NCBI RefSeq assembly: GCF_000009045.1
Contig: NC_000964.3
Coordinates: 2,070,001-2,102,000, forward strand
Direction: 5' to 3'
Origin: Bacillus subtilis subsp. subtilis str. 168
Lineage (GTDB): Bacteria; Bacillota; Bacilli; Bacillales; Bacillaceae
Length of the DNA: 32,000 nucleotides
The first letter of the stretch is position 1; every line of letters begins with the position of its first letter. Made by a program: the position numbers and the translations under genes. This document shows, piece after piece, positions 11,172 to 19,395 of this stretch. Under the pieces are notes generated by a model that was not told the DNA's origin, ran no database searches, and worked only from the letters and a program-made list of their open reading frames with translations.

Positions 11172-11747
11172 TTACATAATATTTTTATTGTTTATTAATA
11201 ATCCTGACAAAAATGTCCGAATTGAAAATGACAGGCTTTCTAAAATGTCCTCCTCACGTTCAAATGCTTCTTTTGCGATTAAAACAGTAAAGCCATGCAG
11301 CAGACTTCTGAGCCCCCTTGTCGCATGAATGGCAGTCTTTTCACTTGCATAGCCGTTTTCAATGAGCAGCTTCGTCACAAGACAGACAATTTGGTCAGAG
11401 ACGATTTCCGTCCGTTTGTCGTGAACCTTAAGAAGAGCCGCTTCATAATATCCGGGATTTTCAATTGCAAAATCAACATATGCATGAGCTAAAGAAAGCA
11501 TCGCGGAATCTCCCTTTCGTTCGGTTACGGAGTCCGCCATTTGATCAAAAAGCTTTGTCAGTCCTCTGACAGCAAGTTCTGCTCTGATCGCTTGCAGCCC
11601 GTTGATATGGTTATACAATGACGGGGGGCGAACATTCATTTTTTTAGAAAGTGCAGCAAGTGAGACACCATTTACCCCTTCCTGATCGGCAATCTCTGCT
11701 GCAGCGTCTACAATCATTTTTTGGGTCAAACCTATTCTCGGTGACAT
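11172..11747 (-). CDS. yobS: TetR/AcrR-family transcription regulator
   Basis: N-terminal HTH VSLAALSKKMNVRPPSLYNHI. There are three in-frame ATGs at 11756, 11753 and 11747, and the first overlaps the yobT stop as ATGA. I chose 11747 on RBS spacing, so the start is uncertain by up to 9 nt. Confidence 0.85.
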   Translation of the reverse strand: MSPRIGLTQKMIVDAAAEIADQEGVNGVSLAALSKKMNVRPPSLYNHINGLQAIRAELAVRGLTKLFDQMADSVTERKGDSAMLSLAHAYVDFAIENPGYYEAALLKVHDKRTEIVSDQIVCLVTKLLIENGYASEKTAIHATRGLRSLLHGFTVLIAKEAFEREEDILESLSFSIRTFLSGLLINNKNIM

Positions 11748-11752
11748 GCTCA

Positions 11753-12454
11753 TCATCCTTTCTTTGCTTTTTGGATCGCCTGTCTCATCCGCTCTGAAGG
11801 TGATCGCAGGAATTTTCCATGTCCGACAGCGAGACAGGAAGGCGCCTTATCGGCGAGCAATTGTGCACTTTTGATGGCCTCCTCCTTATTCCATGTGGCG
11901 AAAGCGGGAAAAGGAAACGCCCATTTTATCTGACCTGATACAGCGATTCCTCCGCGCAACTGAAACGCATCTCCTGCTATTAAAGTGCCGTTTCTTGTAT
12001 CAAGAAATGACATGCTGCCCGGTGTATGGCCCGGTGTTGGAATGGCAAGCAGAGAACCAATTGTTTCACCGCCCGTCAGCAGTTGGTGAGGCTTTGTTTG
12101 TATGTGTTTCGGAATACCTCCTTTTATAGGCGTCTGCGGCTCATCTTGCCGCAAAGATGTGTCACCTTGGAGCAAGAATGAATCCCGTTCCGAGATCATG
12201 ACCTTTGCATGCGGAAATGTTTGTGCCAATGTATCCAGTGATCCGACATGGTCCCCATGTGCATGAGTCAGTAAAATATGCTGAAGCGGTTTTCCAAGCT
12301 GATTCACAGCTTGAATAATCCCTTTATAGCTGCCTGGCAGTGCGGCATCAATAAGGGTGACTTCGTTTTCTTCCTCTACTAAATAGCAATTAACCGGAAA
12401 CAATGCTGGAAAAAAAGTCAGCTGCCAAACCGTTTGGTACTGAGTAATTCTCAT
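11753..12454 (-). CDS. yobT: Metallo-beta-lactamase-fold hydrolase, 233 aa
   Basis: Zinc motif THAHGDH plus downstream His/Asp ligands. AGGAGG RBS before the ATG at 12454. Confidence 0.9.
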   Translation of the reverse strand: MRITQYQTVWQLTFFPALFPVNCYLVEEENEVTLIDAALPGSYKGIIQAVNQLGKPLQHILLTHAHGDHVGSLDTLAQTFPHAKVMISERDSFLLQGDTSLRQDEPQTPIKGGIPKHIQTKPHQLLTGGETIGSLLAIPTPGHTPGSMSFLDTRNGTLIAGDAFQLRGGIAVSGQIKWAFPFPAFATWNKEEAIKSAQLLADKAPSCLAVGHGKFLRSPSERMRQAIQKAKKG

Positions 12455-12473
12455 CTTTTTATTCCTCCTAACA

Positions 12474-12523
12474 AAAACTAATGGTGTTAGTTTTATTATT
12501 AACTAACACCATTAGTTTTTCAA
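12474..12523 (-). promoter_or_regulatory. Perfect 19-bp inverted repeat (arms 12474-12492 and 12501-12519, 8-nt spacer) overlapping a putative yobT promoter (TTGAAA 12518-12523, 17 nt, AATAAT 12495-12500). Candidate TetR (YobS) operator and/or yobU terminator.
   Basis: The arms aaaactaatggtgttagtt and aactaacaccattagtttt are exact reverse complements. On the minus strand the hairpin is followed by TTTTTGTT, then the yobT RBS. Confidence 0.6.
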
Positions 12524-12530
12524 GAGTTTA

Positions 12531-13013
12531 TTATTTTTTTATCGCTACATAAATGTTAACTTGTGCTCGCTGTGGCACTGCGGCATTTTGATCATACATC
12601 TCAAAGTCACCTGTAAACGTGCGCAGATGCCGCTTATCCCAAGTCCAAATTTCCTTCCACGTTTCAAGCACAATCTCTTCAATAGGACCGATTCTGGAAG
12701 TGAAAACGGCGTAAGCGGAAGCCGGCAAATCAATATTTTCATATGGTCCCGGAAGAATGTCGTCGTATTCCTGAAACGTTCCGACTGAAAACGTATAAAA
12801 CCCATTCGTCTCTTGTTCATAATTCGAATATAAGGCAATAATGCTCTTGTCTTTTTCAGCCTGTGATAAAAGAGCGCTCATATCCTGCTTCCATAATTGA
12901 TCCCACAGTGCCGGAATCCTCCTTTCTTCCGTCATTTCCAGTGCGTTGCTTGTCCGTTGTGATAGTCCGGCAAATCGTTTCAGGTCTAAGTGTGTTATAT
13001 GTGAAAAGCCCAT
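12531..13013 (-). CDS. yobU: GyrI-like / AraC-effector-binding-domain small-molecule-binding protein, 160 aa
   Basis: The start was trimmed to ATG 13013, after AAAGGAGGAG. A TATAAT lies just upstream. The fold assignment is from recalled family features and is less certain. Confidence 0.8.
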   Translation of the reverse strand: MGFSHITHLDLKRFAGLSQRTSNALEMTEERRIPALWDQLWKQDMSALLSQAEKDKSIIALYSNYEQETNGFYTFSVGTFQEYDDILPGPYENIDLPASAYAVFTSRIGPIEEIVLETWKEIWTWDKRHLRTFTGDFEMYDQNAAVPQRAQVNIYVAIKK

Positions 13014-13047
13014 ACGATCTCCTCCTTTTTTTAAGATTATAGACAAA

Positions 13048-13075
13048 GAAACCTGACAGCAGTGTGTCAGGTTTC
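13048..13075 (-). terminator. Hairpin overlapping the yobV stop codon; weak terminator or attenuator between yobV and yobU
   Basis: An 11-bp perfect stem, gaaacctgaca / tgtcaggtttc, with a 6-nt loop. Only a short T-tract (TTTGT) follows on the minus strand. Confidence 0.4.
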
Positions 13076-14008
13076 ATATATTTTTTGCATGTGATGAATG
13101 GTTTCTTTTACTTTATCCCTTATATGAAGAGGCTGCAGAACCTCAATATCCTTTCCGAACTGGAGCAAAAAACCGATCAGCCATTGATCTTCTGGAAGTG
13201 AAATCACCGCCTGGCAGATTTCATCTTCCTCACAACAGTGAAGGACATCATATCCGAACCATTCACCTATACGCTGACGTGCTGACGGCTGAACAAGAAT
13301 AACCAATTCAGTTAAACGGTCCTTTTGGTACCAACTCTTATCCCATGGCAAAGTGTCCAGCTGAATGTCTTTTCTGATAAATGTCTGATGTAAGATGGCC
13401 AGATCTTTCATCCGGTTCAGTTTAAAAAAGCGAAAATCATTTCTTACCAGGCAGTAGGCATATAAATACCAGTGCCCCGCCTTGCAAACCAATGTATAAG
13501 GTTCAGTTTCCCGAAGTAGTGTTTCCCCGCTTGCGCTTGTATATGTAAAAGATATCGTTAACAACCGATCGATGGCAGCGCTGATTTTCTCGCGCAGCGT
13601 CTTTTGATCCTCAGTATGGCCCCAAGCCGTCATGTCAATAAACCATTTTTCTGTTTGGTGCTTAAATGCTTGAGTAGATTGCTCAGGTATAAGGTGTTTG
13701 ATTTTTTGATAGGCTGTGCTGTGAGAAACGGGTTCATACATAGATGAAACGCTTTGCAAAGCGGAAGCAATTGCAAACAATTCCTCCTCCTTCAGCCACT
13801 CTCTTTCAAGCCGATACGTTTCCATGATGCCAATTCCGCCCCCGGAACCCTGTGAGGTCACAATCGGAATACCAGCCCTATTGATCGTCTCAATATCACG
13901 GTAAATTGTTCTGACAGATACTTCAAACAGCTCAGCAAGCTCTGCAGCCTGCACTTGTTTTTTGCTGATCAATAACACAACCATCGCTAACAAACGTTCC
14001 AGTTTCAT
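13067..14008 (-). CDS. yobV: HTH-WYL-domain transcription regulator, 313 aa
   Basis: The start was trimmed to ATG 14008, after GAAAAGGTG. N-terminal wHTH AELAELFEVSVRTIYRDIETI, and a central WYL-type motif GHWYLYAYC. Confidence 0.9.
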   Translation of the reverse strand: MKLERLLAMVVLLISKKQVQAAELAELFEVSVRTIYRDIETINRAGIPIVTSQGSGGGIGIMETYRLEREWLKEEELFAIASALQSVSSMYEPVSHSTAYQKIKHLIPEQSTQAFKHQTEKWFIDMTAWGHTEDQKTLREKISAAIDRLLTISFTYTSASGETLLRETEPYTLVCKAGHWYLYAYCLVRNDFRFFKLNRMKDLAILHQTFIRKDIQLDTLPWDKSWYQKDRLTELVILVQPSARQRIGEWFGYDVLHCCEEDEICQAVISLPEDQWLIGFLLQFGKDIEVLQPLHIRDKVKETIHHMQKIYET

Positions 14009-14213
14009 TCTGCGCACCTTTTCTTCTTGTATTTTCCAACAAAACAATCATAACATTTTGATAAAGCTTGGGCATATCTATTATGCGGCGGAATACACCT
14101 CGCATATGCTATGAAAACAGGGGTTTCCCCTTCTTTTTTGTGTTCAGTATTTATTTCAGCTACTATTTCCGACCGGATAAGCATACACTTCTCAACGGAG
14201 GGGATTTCACATC

Positions 14214-14759
14214 ATGCATCTTACACTTCAGAGCGTTTATCCTGCCATAATCATCATCTTTTTTCTGTATAAAAAAATTAAAAGGTCCATCGGATACCAG
14301 CCGCTGAAGCCCCGCTGGCTGTTCACCCGTATCATTCTTTTCTCGCTGTTTGCTTTTGGACTTTCAATCTTCAGCGCCATTCACCCTTTTTTATATGGAT
14401 ATCTCATTTTGGGCATTCTTGGCGGATGGCTCCTTGTCTTTTTCGCTAAGAAAAACATCTCTTTTGAAAAACGCAGAGGAAAGATCTATTTTCGGACTCA
14501 TATTTGGGTAGAGGTGATTCTCTTAACTTTATTTCTATCAAGATTTCTGTATCGAGTGACGGAGCTTTATCTTACCTCACCTGATCTAAACCGCCTTGGA
14601 TCATACAGTCAGTCAATCGGAACGGACCCTCTGACAATTGGCGTCTGTTTTCTGATAGCCGTTTATTATATCGGTTTTTCTTCTTTTATCATCAAGCTCA
14701 GCAGAAACGAACTTGAACAGCACGAATACAATAAAGAAAAAGACATCCTTGCCCGCTAA
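14214..14759 (+). CDS. yobW: Integral membrane protein, 181 aa, ~5 TM segments
   Basis: GGAGGGGA RBS and hydrophobic segments throughout. Position in the recalled gene order. Confidence 0.85.
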   Translation: MHLTLQSVYPAIIIIFFLYKKIKRSIGYQPLKPRWLFTRIILFSLFAFGLSIFSAIHPFLYGYLILGILGGWLLVFFAKKNISFEKRRGKIYFRTHIWVEVILLTLFLSRFLYRVTELYLTSPDLNRLGSYSQSIGTDPLTIGVCFLIAVYYIGFSSFIIKLSRNELEQHEYNKEKDILAR

Positions 14760-14786
14760 CAGCGAGTTAAGCAAGGATGTCTTTTT
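14738..14786. terminator. Bidirectional terminator between convergent yobW and czrA
   Basis: A 14-bp stem, aaagacatccttgc / gcaaggatgtcttt. The left arm lies inside the yobW 3' end. T-run on the plus side and A-run upstream. Confidence 0.75.
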
Positions 14787-15109
14787 CAATCATGCTGTGT
14801 ATGATGGATCATTTGCTGAAGAACATCTAAAACATGTTCATCCTCCGGAGAGTAATAAATCGATGTTCCTTCTCTGCGCGATTTGACAAGCCGGAGATTT
14901 TTTAAAAATCTAAGCTGGTGGGACACAGTGGATTGCAGTAAATTCAGCTTTTCTGCAATTCCGTTTACTGCATGCTCACCTTGGGACAATAAATGGAGAA
15001 TTCTGATTCGGGTAGGATCTGAAAGCGCTTTGAATGTTTGCGCGACTAGAAACAGCGTCTCCTCGTCCAGATCAGCAGCCGATTGTTCCGTTTCTCTAAA
15101 TTCAGTCAT
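14786..15109 (-). CDS. czrA: ArsR/SmtB-family metal-sensing repressor CzrA, 107 aa
   Basis: The start was trimmed to ATG 15109, after [25 protein letters not shown]...[17 protein letters not shown]. Confidence 0.9.
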
Positions 15110-15302
15110 ATGTATCACCTTTCTTTATTCATAGTTTTATCTTATAACAAATGCGCTTGAGTGCAAACCAGCCTGCTTGTATTCCATTTCAATCTCATAG
15201 TTTAAATTTATGTTTCAAATCAGGTTTTTACTTGGTCTGATATACCCTCTTATGTCATAATAAAAAAGGTCATACTGCTCCAAACATTGAGGGTGAAACA
15301 CA

Positions 15303-15980
15303 GTGAAGAAAAAGAGAAAAGGCTGTTTCGCTGCTGCGGGTTTTATGATGATTTTTGTCTTTGTCATCGCCTCTTTTTTATTGGTCCTGCTTTTTTTCAA
15401 CCGGGATTTAATCAAAAAACTTCCGATCGATACGAAAACGATTGTTTTGGAACGTTTAACCGATTACAAACCCTTGGTGGAAGAAGAGCTTGAAAGCCAA
15501 GGACTCTCTAATTATACATCACTCATATTAGGCATGATGTATCAGGAGTCAAAAGGAAAAGGCAATGATCCCATGCAGTCCTCTGAATCTCTGGGGTTAA
15601 AACGCAATGAGATAACAGACCCTCAACTCAGTGTTAAACAAGGCATCAAGCAATTTACCCTCATGTACAAGACCGGTAAGGAAAAAGGCGTGGATTTGGA
15701 TACCATTATTCAAAGCTACAACATGGGGGCAGGTTACATTGATTTTGTAGCTGAACATGGAGGAACGCATACTGAGGAATTGGCAAAACAATACTCCGAG
15801 CAGCAAGTCAAAAAAAATCCTGATCTGTATACTTGCGGGGGAAATGCGAAAAATTTCCGCTATCCGTATTGCTACGGTGATTATACGTATGCAGAAAAAG
15901 TAAAAGAAAAAACAAAAACTGTTGAAGAATCTTTGCAGGTTGCAACACTTGAAACCATGGAATCCAAGGCTCATGAATAA
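15303..15980 (+). CDS. yocA: Membrane-anchored lysozyme-like (CwlT N-terminal-type muramidase) protein, 225 aa
   Basis: GTG start after GAGGGTGA. Lys-rich signal-anchor region, and the motif MMYQESKGKGNDPMQSSES typical of conjugative-element lytic enzymes. Confidence 0.85.
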   Translation: MKKKRKGCFAAAGFMMIFVFVIASFLLVLLFFNRDLIKKLPIDTKTIVLERLTDYKPLVEEELESQGLSNYTSLILGMMYQESKGKGNDPMQSSESLGLKRNEITDPQLSVKQGIKQFTLMYKTGKEKGVDLDTIIQSYNMGAGYIDFVAEHGGTHTEELAKQYSEQQVKKNPDLYTCGGNAKNFRYPYCYGDYTYAEKVKEKTKTVEESLQVATLETMESKAHE

Positions 15981-16000
15981 GAGTCTATCAATTTACTGAC

Positions 16001-16030
16001 AAAAGCCCAAAAATGAATTTGGGCTTTTGC
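16001..16030 (+). terminator. Terminator after yocA
   Basis: aaaagccca / tgggctttt stem with a 10-nt loop and a short T-run. Confidence 0.6.
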
Positions 16031-16042
16031 CATGTTTACACG

Positions 16043-16071
16043 TAAAAAAAGCCATACTGAGTATGGCTTTT
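16043..16071 (-). terminator. Terminator after yozB, overlapping its stop codon
   Basis: aaagccatac / gtatggcttt stem with loop tgag. A 7-nt T-run follows on the minus strand. Confidence 0.65.
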
Positions 16072-16606
16072 AATAATACGGTGAAATCATCAAATATACA
16101 ATAACGCCTGTAAGGCTTACATACAGCCATAGAGGCATTGTCCATCTCGCAATTTTTTTATGGCGCTCCACCTGCATGCTGAAGCCTCTGATCAGCGTAA
16201 ACAGCGCAAGCGGCACAATAATTGCAGAAAGGCAGATATGTGTAATTAAAATAAAGAAATAAATCGGGCGCATAATACCTTCTCCGCCATAGAGCGTGTT
16301 TTCCGCAATCGAGTGGTACGTCACATAGCAAATCAAAAATAGTAATGTTGTTGTGAACGCAGCCAAAATAAAGCGTTTGTGAGCTTTGATATTTTTCTGT
16401 TTAATCATAATCAGCGCGGCCAATAAGAAGATAAACGTAAAGCTATTGAATATCGCATTCAGCATTGGCAAAATGTGAATATTCGCATGGCTGAACTGAT
16501 CTAATTTAGGCATAAAAAACAGCACTGCGATTAAACCGTTAATCAGAACTGTCAGCGTAAGGACAATCCCCGTGTAATTTTTCGGTTTATTTTCTGTTTG
16601 GTTCAT
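16070..16606 (-). CDS. yozB: DUF420 / CtaM-like integral membrane protein, 178 aa
   Basis: AGGAGAGG RBS and 5 hydrophobic segments. Family assignment from memory. Confidence 0.88.
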   Translation of the reverse strand: MNQTENKPKNYTGIVLTLTVLINGLIAVLFFMPKLDQFSHANIHILPMLNAIFNSFTFIFLLAALIMIKQKNIKAHKRFILAAFTTTLLFLICYVTYHSIAENTLYGGEGIMRPIYFFILITHICLSAIIVPLALFTLIRGFSMQVERHKKIARWTMPLWLYVSLTGVIVYLMISPYY

Positions 16607-16742
16607 TTGGTGACCTCTCCTAATTTGTACTGGCTATCCAAATCGTATGCAAATTCAAAGAAGATGTCAACGGTTTCGATTGCTTCGTCAGAAATTAGAC
16701 ACACTTCAAAGGCCGGAGGCTATTAGCCCCGGCCTGTTAGGT

Positions 16743-17525
16743 TTACGCCTCTTTTATCAAATGTTCAATGACCTTATGTTCATTTTCATTCAGCAGGTTC
16801 TTTTGAATTTTCGAATGAATGGGTTTATTCATATGCTGATCCAAGATATCGGCCGTTTCTTTATCCCCGGCAATAACCATTCGTTCCCATCTTTTCGCGG
16901 CAGCTTTTTGATCAAGGCTGGCAGCCAGCCGCTTATACAGTCTCGATTGGTTCTCTGTTACATGTTCCCTCATCCGGTTCTCTTCAAATGGTGGCGCTTT
17001 GTCTACAGCGGAATGGCTATTCTTCCAAGACTCATTGATCATATCATACTCATAACGCTCCACCGCCTCAATTTTTCCTAAAACAGTTTCAATAATTTTC
17101 ACTTCATGCTGCTGAGTTAAAATAAACGCCGTACTTGGGTATGTCTGGCGCAAACCCTTTAGCTGATCCAGGACAGCTGTTTCTTCCCAGTAAAATCTTG
17201 TATCTACAGGGACTTGAAGCTTAATAGGTTCCCATATGCCGCTGTCGGAAACAAAAAACACGAGACTGCGGGGCATGTCTTTTCCCATTGCATTCAAGTA
17301 TTGATTCATTTTAGCCCTGATTCCATCCAGACACTTTTCCTCCTCTGGATCACTAGCTGCCAAATACTCTTTTAATCGGCTGAATCCTGACTTTAGGGCA
17401 ATCTTCCATTCTCCCCCCTGCTGCTCTGGATCTCTCATGTCTGTATTGAGATACAGAGAGAGAATTTTATCCGGCGGTTCCAATTGGACATACTGTAATT
17501 TGTTAATCAATGAATCAATCGCCAT
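16743..17525 (-). CDS. yocB: Conserved hypothetical protein, 260 aa
   Basis: The start was trimmed to ATG 17525, after AAAGGAGGA. A GC-rich hairpin at 16711-16734 lies downstream of the stop. Confidence 0.85.
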   Translation of the reverse strand: MAIDSLINKLQYVQLEPPDKILSLYLNTDMRDPEQQGGEWKIALKSGFSRLKEYLAASDPEEEKCLDGIRAKMNQYLNAMGKDMPRSLVFFVSDSGIWEPIKLQVPVDTRFYWEETAVLDQLKGLRQTYPSTAFILTQQHEVKIIETVLGKIEAVERYEYDMINESWKNSHSAVDKAPPFEENRMREHVTENQSRLYKRLAASLDQKAAAKRWERMVIAGDKETADILDQHMNKPIHSKIQKNLLNENEHKVIEHLIKEA

Positions 17526-17695
17526 TCCGATTCCTCCTTTTTCACAGGTTAGTTTTCTTTTTCCTCTCTTAAAAACGATCAAACCTGACTTTCCGCTAAT
17601 TTCTAGTAATAATGGAATTGTTGTTTACAATACGCCTCTCTTCTAATACAATTGGTAACTGTGTTTCTAAGCTGTTTTTTGAAAGGAGTTTGATC

Positions 17696-18193
17696 TTGTT
17701 TACTGTTAAAGAAAAAAATCGTCAAGAGCTTGAGGAAGAACTAAATGATTTAGAATTTCAAATTTATCGCATGCAGGAGAATATGAAGGATTTATCTAAA
17801 GATGCCAAAGTGCTTGGTATTGATCAATCGAAACATGATGAGTGGATGATTGTTTCCTCGATTGATGATGGCCAAACATGCAAAATTATGCTAACTGATT
17901 GTAAAACGGCATACCGAGGAAAAGGCTGTTTTTCACTTGTAGCGTCTTACAAGGACGATGCCATTCATATAGGGGATATAAAAGGCCCTCCGAATCACGG
18001 GTTTGGCTCCATTTGCATGAAATATTTAAAAGATATTGCAAGAGACCATAATATACCGAAAGTCACCGGAGACATCGCCAAACGGGATTGGAATCATGTA
18101 GACCGGCTGATTCACTTTTATGAAAAACATCACTTCAAAGTATGTATCGATCATGATACCCAATCCGGCAGCATTAAGTGGGTTGATTTGTAA
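17696..18193 (+). CDS. yocC: Small protein with N-terminal coiled coil and C-terminal GNAT-like core, 165 aa
   Basis: TTG start 7 nt after GAAAGGAG. Motif A-like NHGFGSICMKYL and motif B-like LIHFYEKHHF. Confidence 0.8.
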   Translation: MFTVKEKNRQELEEELNDLEFQIYRMQENMKDLSKDAKVLGIDQSKHDEWMIVSSIDDGQTCKIMLTDCKTAYRGKGCFSLVASYKDDAIHIGDIKGPPNHGFGSICMKYLKDIARDHNIPKVTGDIAKRDWNHVDRLIHFYEKHHFKVCIDHDTQSGSIKWVDL

Positions 18194-18256
18194 AAAAGTC
18201 TGGAAGAAAGAGCCAAGATATGCTGTAATGGTATAAAACCATTGATGGAGGGTTCT

Positions 18257-19234
18257 ATGTACGCCTCAAAACTGAAAAAGGGAGACGAAATCCGGATCGT
18301 GTCTCCCGCGACCAGCATGTCTATATTATCAAATGAAGCAAAAATCCAAGCAAAAACGGCGTTAGAACGCTTAGGTTATCGGGTAACCATCGCTGAACAC
18401 GCAAATGAATGTAACGAATTTGATTCATCCTCTATCGAGTCAAGAGTCCATGATCTGCACGCTGCCTTTTTTGATCCAGGCGTCAAAGCGATTTTAACGA
18501 CACTCGGAGGGTTTAATTCAAATCAGCTGCTGCGTTATCTTGATTACGAGAAAATCAAACGACATCCAAAAATTCTGTGCGGTTATTCCGATATAACCGC
18601 TCTTTGCAACGCTATTTATCAAAAAACGGGTCTTGTTACGTATTCAGGTCCCCACTTCTCAACATTTGCAATGAAAAAAGGACTCGATTATACAGAGGAG
18701 TATTTTCTTTCTTGCTGCGCTTCAGACGATCCGTTTGAAATTCACCCCTCAAGTGAGTGGAGCGATGATCGCTGGTTTTTGGATCAAGAAAACAGGCGTT
18801 TTTATCCTAATAACGGCCCTGTTGTAATCCAAGAAGGTTATGCGGAAGGTACTTTAATTGGCGGAAACTTATGCACGCTTAATTTGCTGCAGGGAACGGA
18901 GTATTTTCCCGAAACAGAACATACTATTTTATTGATTGAAGATGATTATATGTCAGACATCCATATGTTTGACCGCGATCTGCAATCACTCATCCACCTC
19001 CCCGCTTTTTCACATGTAAAGGCGATTTTGATCGGCAGATTTCAGAAAGCATCAAACGTATCAATAGATCTTGTAAAAGCCATGATCGAAACAAAAAAAG
19101 AATTATCCGGCATCCCGATCATCGCAAATATAAATGCCGGACATACCTCGCCAATTGCCACGTTCCCTATAGGAGGAACATGCAGGATTGAAGCTATTTC
19201 GGGTACATCACGAATATGGATTGATAAACATTAA
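18257..19234 (+). CDS. yocD: Peptidase S66 family (LD-carboxypeptidase / MccF-like), 325 aa
   Basis: Nucleophile motif CGYSDITAL, acidic LLIEDD and His motif NAGHTSP. The ATG at 18257 follows GGAGGG. Confidence 0.9.
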   Translation: MYASKLKKGDEIRIVSPATSMSILSNEAKIQAKTALERLGYRVTIAEHANECNEFDSSSIESRVHDLHAAFFDPGVKAILTTLGGFNSNQLLRYLDYEKIKRHPKILCGYSDITALCNAIYQKTGLVTYSGPHFSTFAMKKGLDYTEEYFLSCCASDDPFEIHPSSEWSDDRWFLDQENRRFYPNNGPVVIQEGYAEGTLIGGNLCTLNLLQGTEYFPETEHTILLIEDDYMSDIHMFDRDLQSLIHLPAFSHVKAILIGRFQKASNVSIDLVKAMIETKKELSGIPIIANINAGHTSPIATFPIGGTCRIEAISGTSRIWIDKH

Positions 19235-19237
19235 TCA

Positions 19238-19266
19238 GCTTGTAAATTTTTTTACAAGCTTTTTTA
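19238..19266 (+). terminator. Terminator after yocD
   Basis: agcttgtaaa / tttacaagct stem followed by TTTTT. Confidence 0.75.
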
Positions 19267-19296
19267 GCGCAATCGGCTATGCATGCCGCACGAGAC

Positions 19297-19363
19297 ATGA
19301 CAAATGTCATATAGGAGGCATGATGTGTGCTACTACAAAAGACTTCTCTCATTAGCGTATACT
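19297..19363 (+). promoter_or_regulatory. des promoter region: inverted repeat ATGACAaaTGTCAT (19297-19310, candidate DesR~P site) and -10 TATACT (19358-19363)
   Basis: The palindrome and -10 are seen directly. Assignment to DesR follows the known DesK/DesR control of des. Confidence 0.6.
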
Positions 19364-19395
19364 GAACCGAGACACACAATGAGAGGATACTTACT

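Noticed and set aside
12474-12519. The 19-bp inverted repeat as a transposon end, MITE or CRISPR repeat
   Set aside because: It is a single copy in the window, with no flanking target duplication, transposase or spacer-repeat periodicity. Its position over a promoter and RBS favours an operator/terminator role.
16647-17081. 144-aa + strand ORF
   Set aside because: It is antisense to yocB, lacks an RBS and starts inside the yozB-yocB intergenic terminator region.
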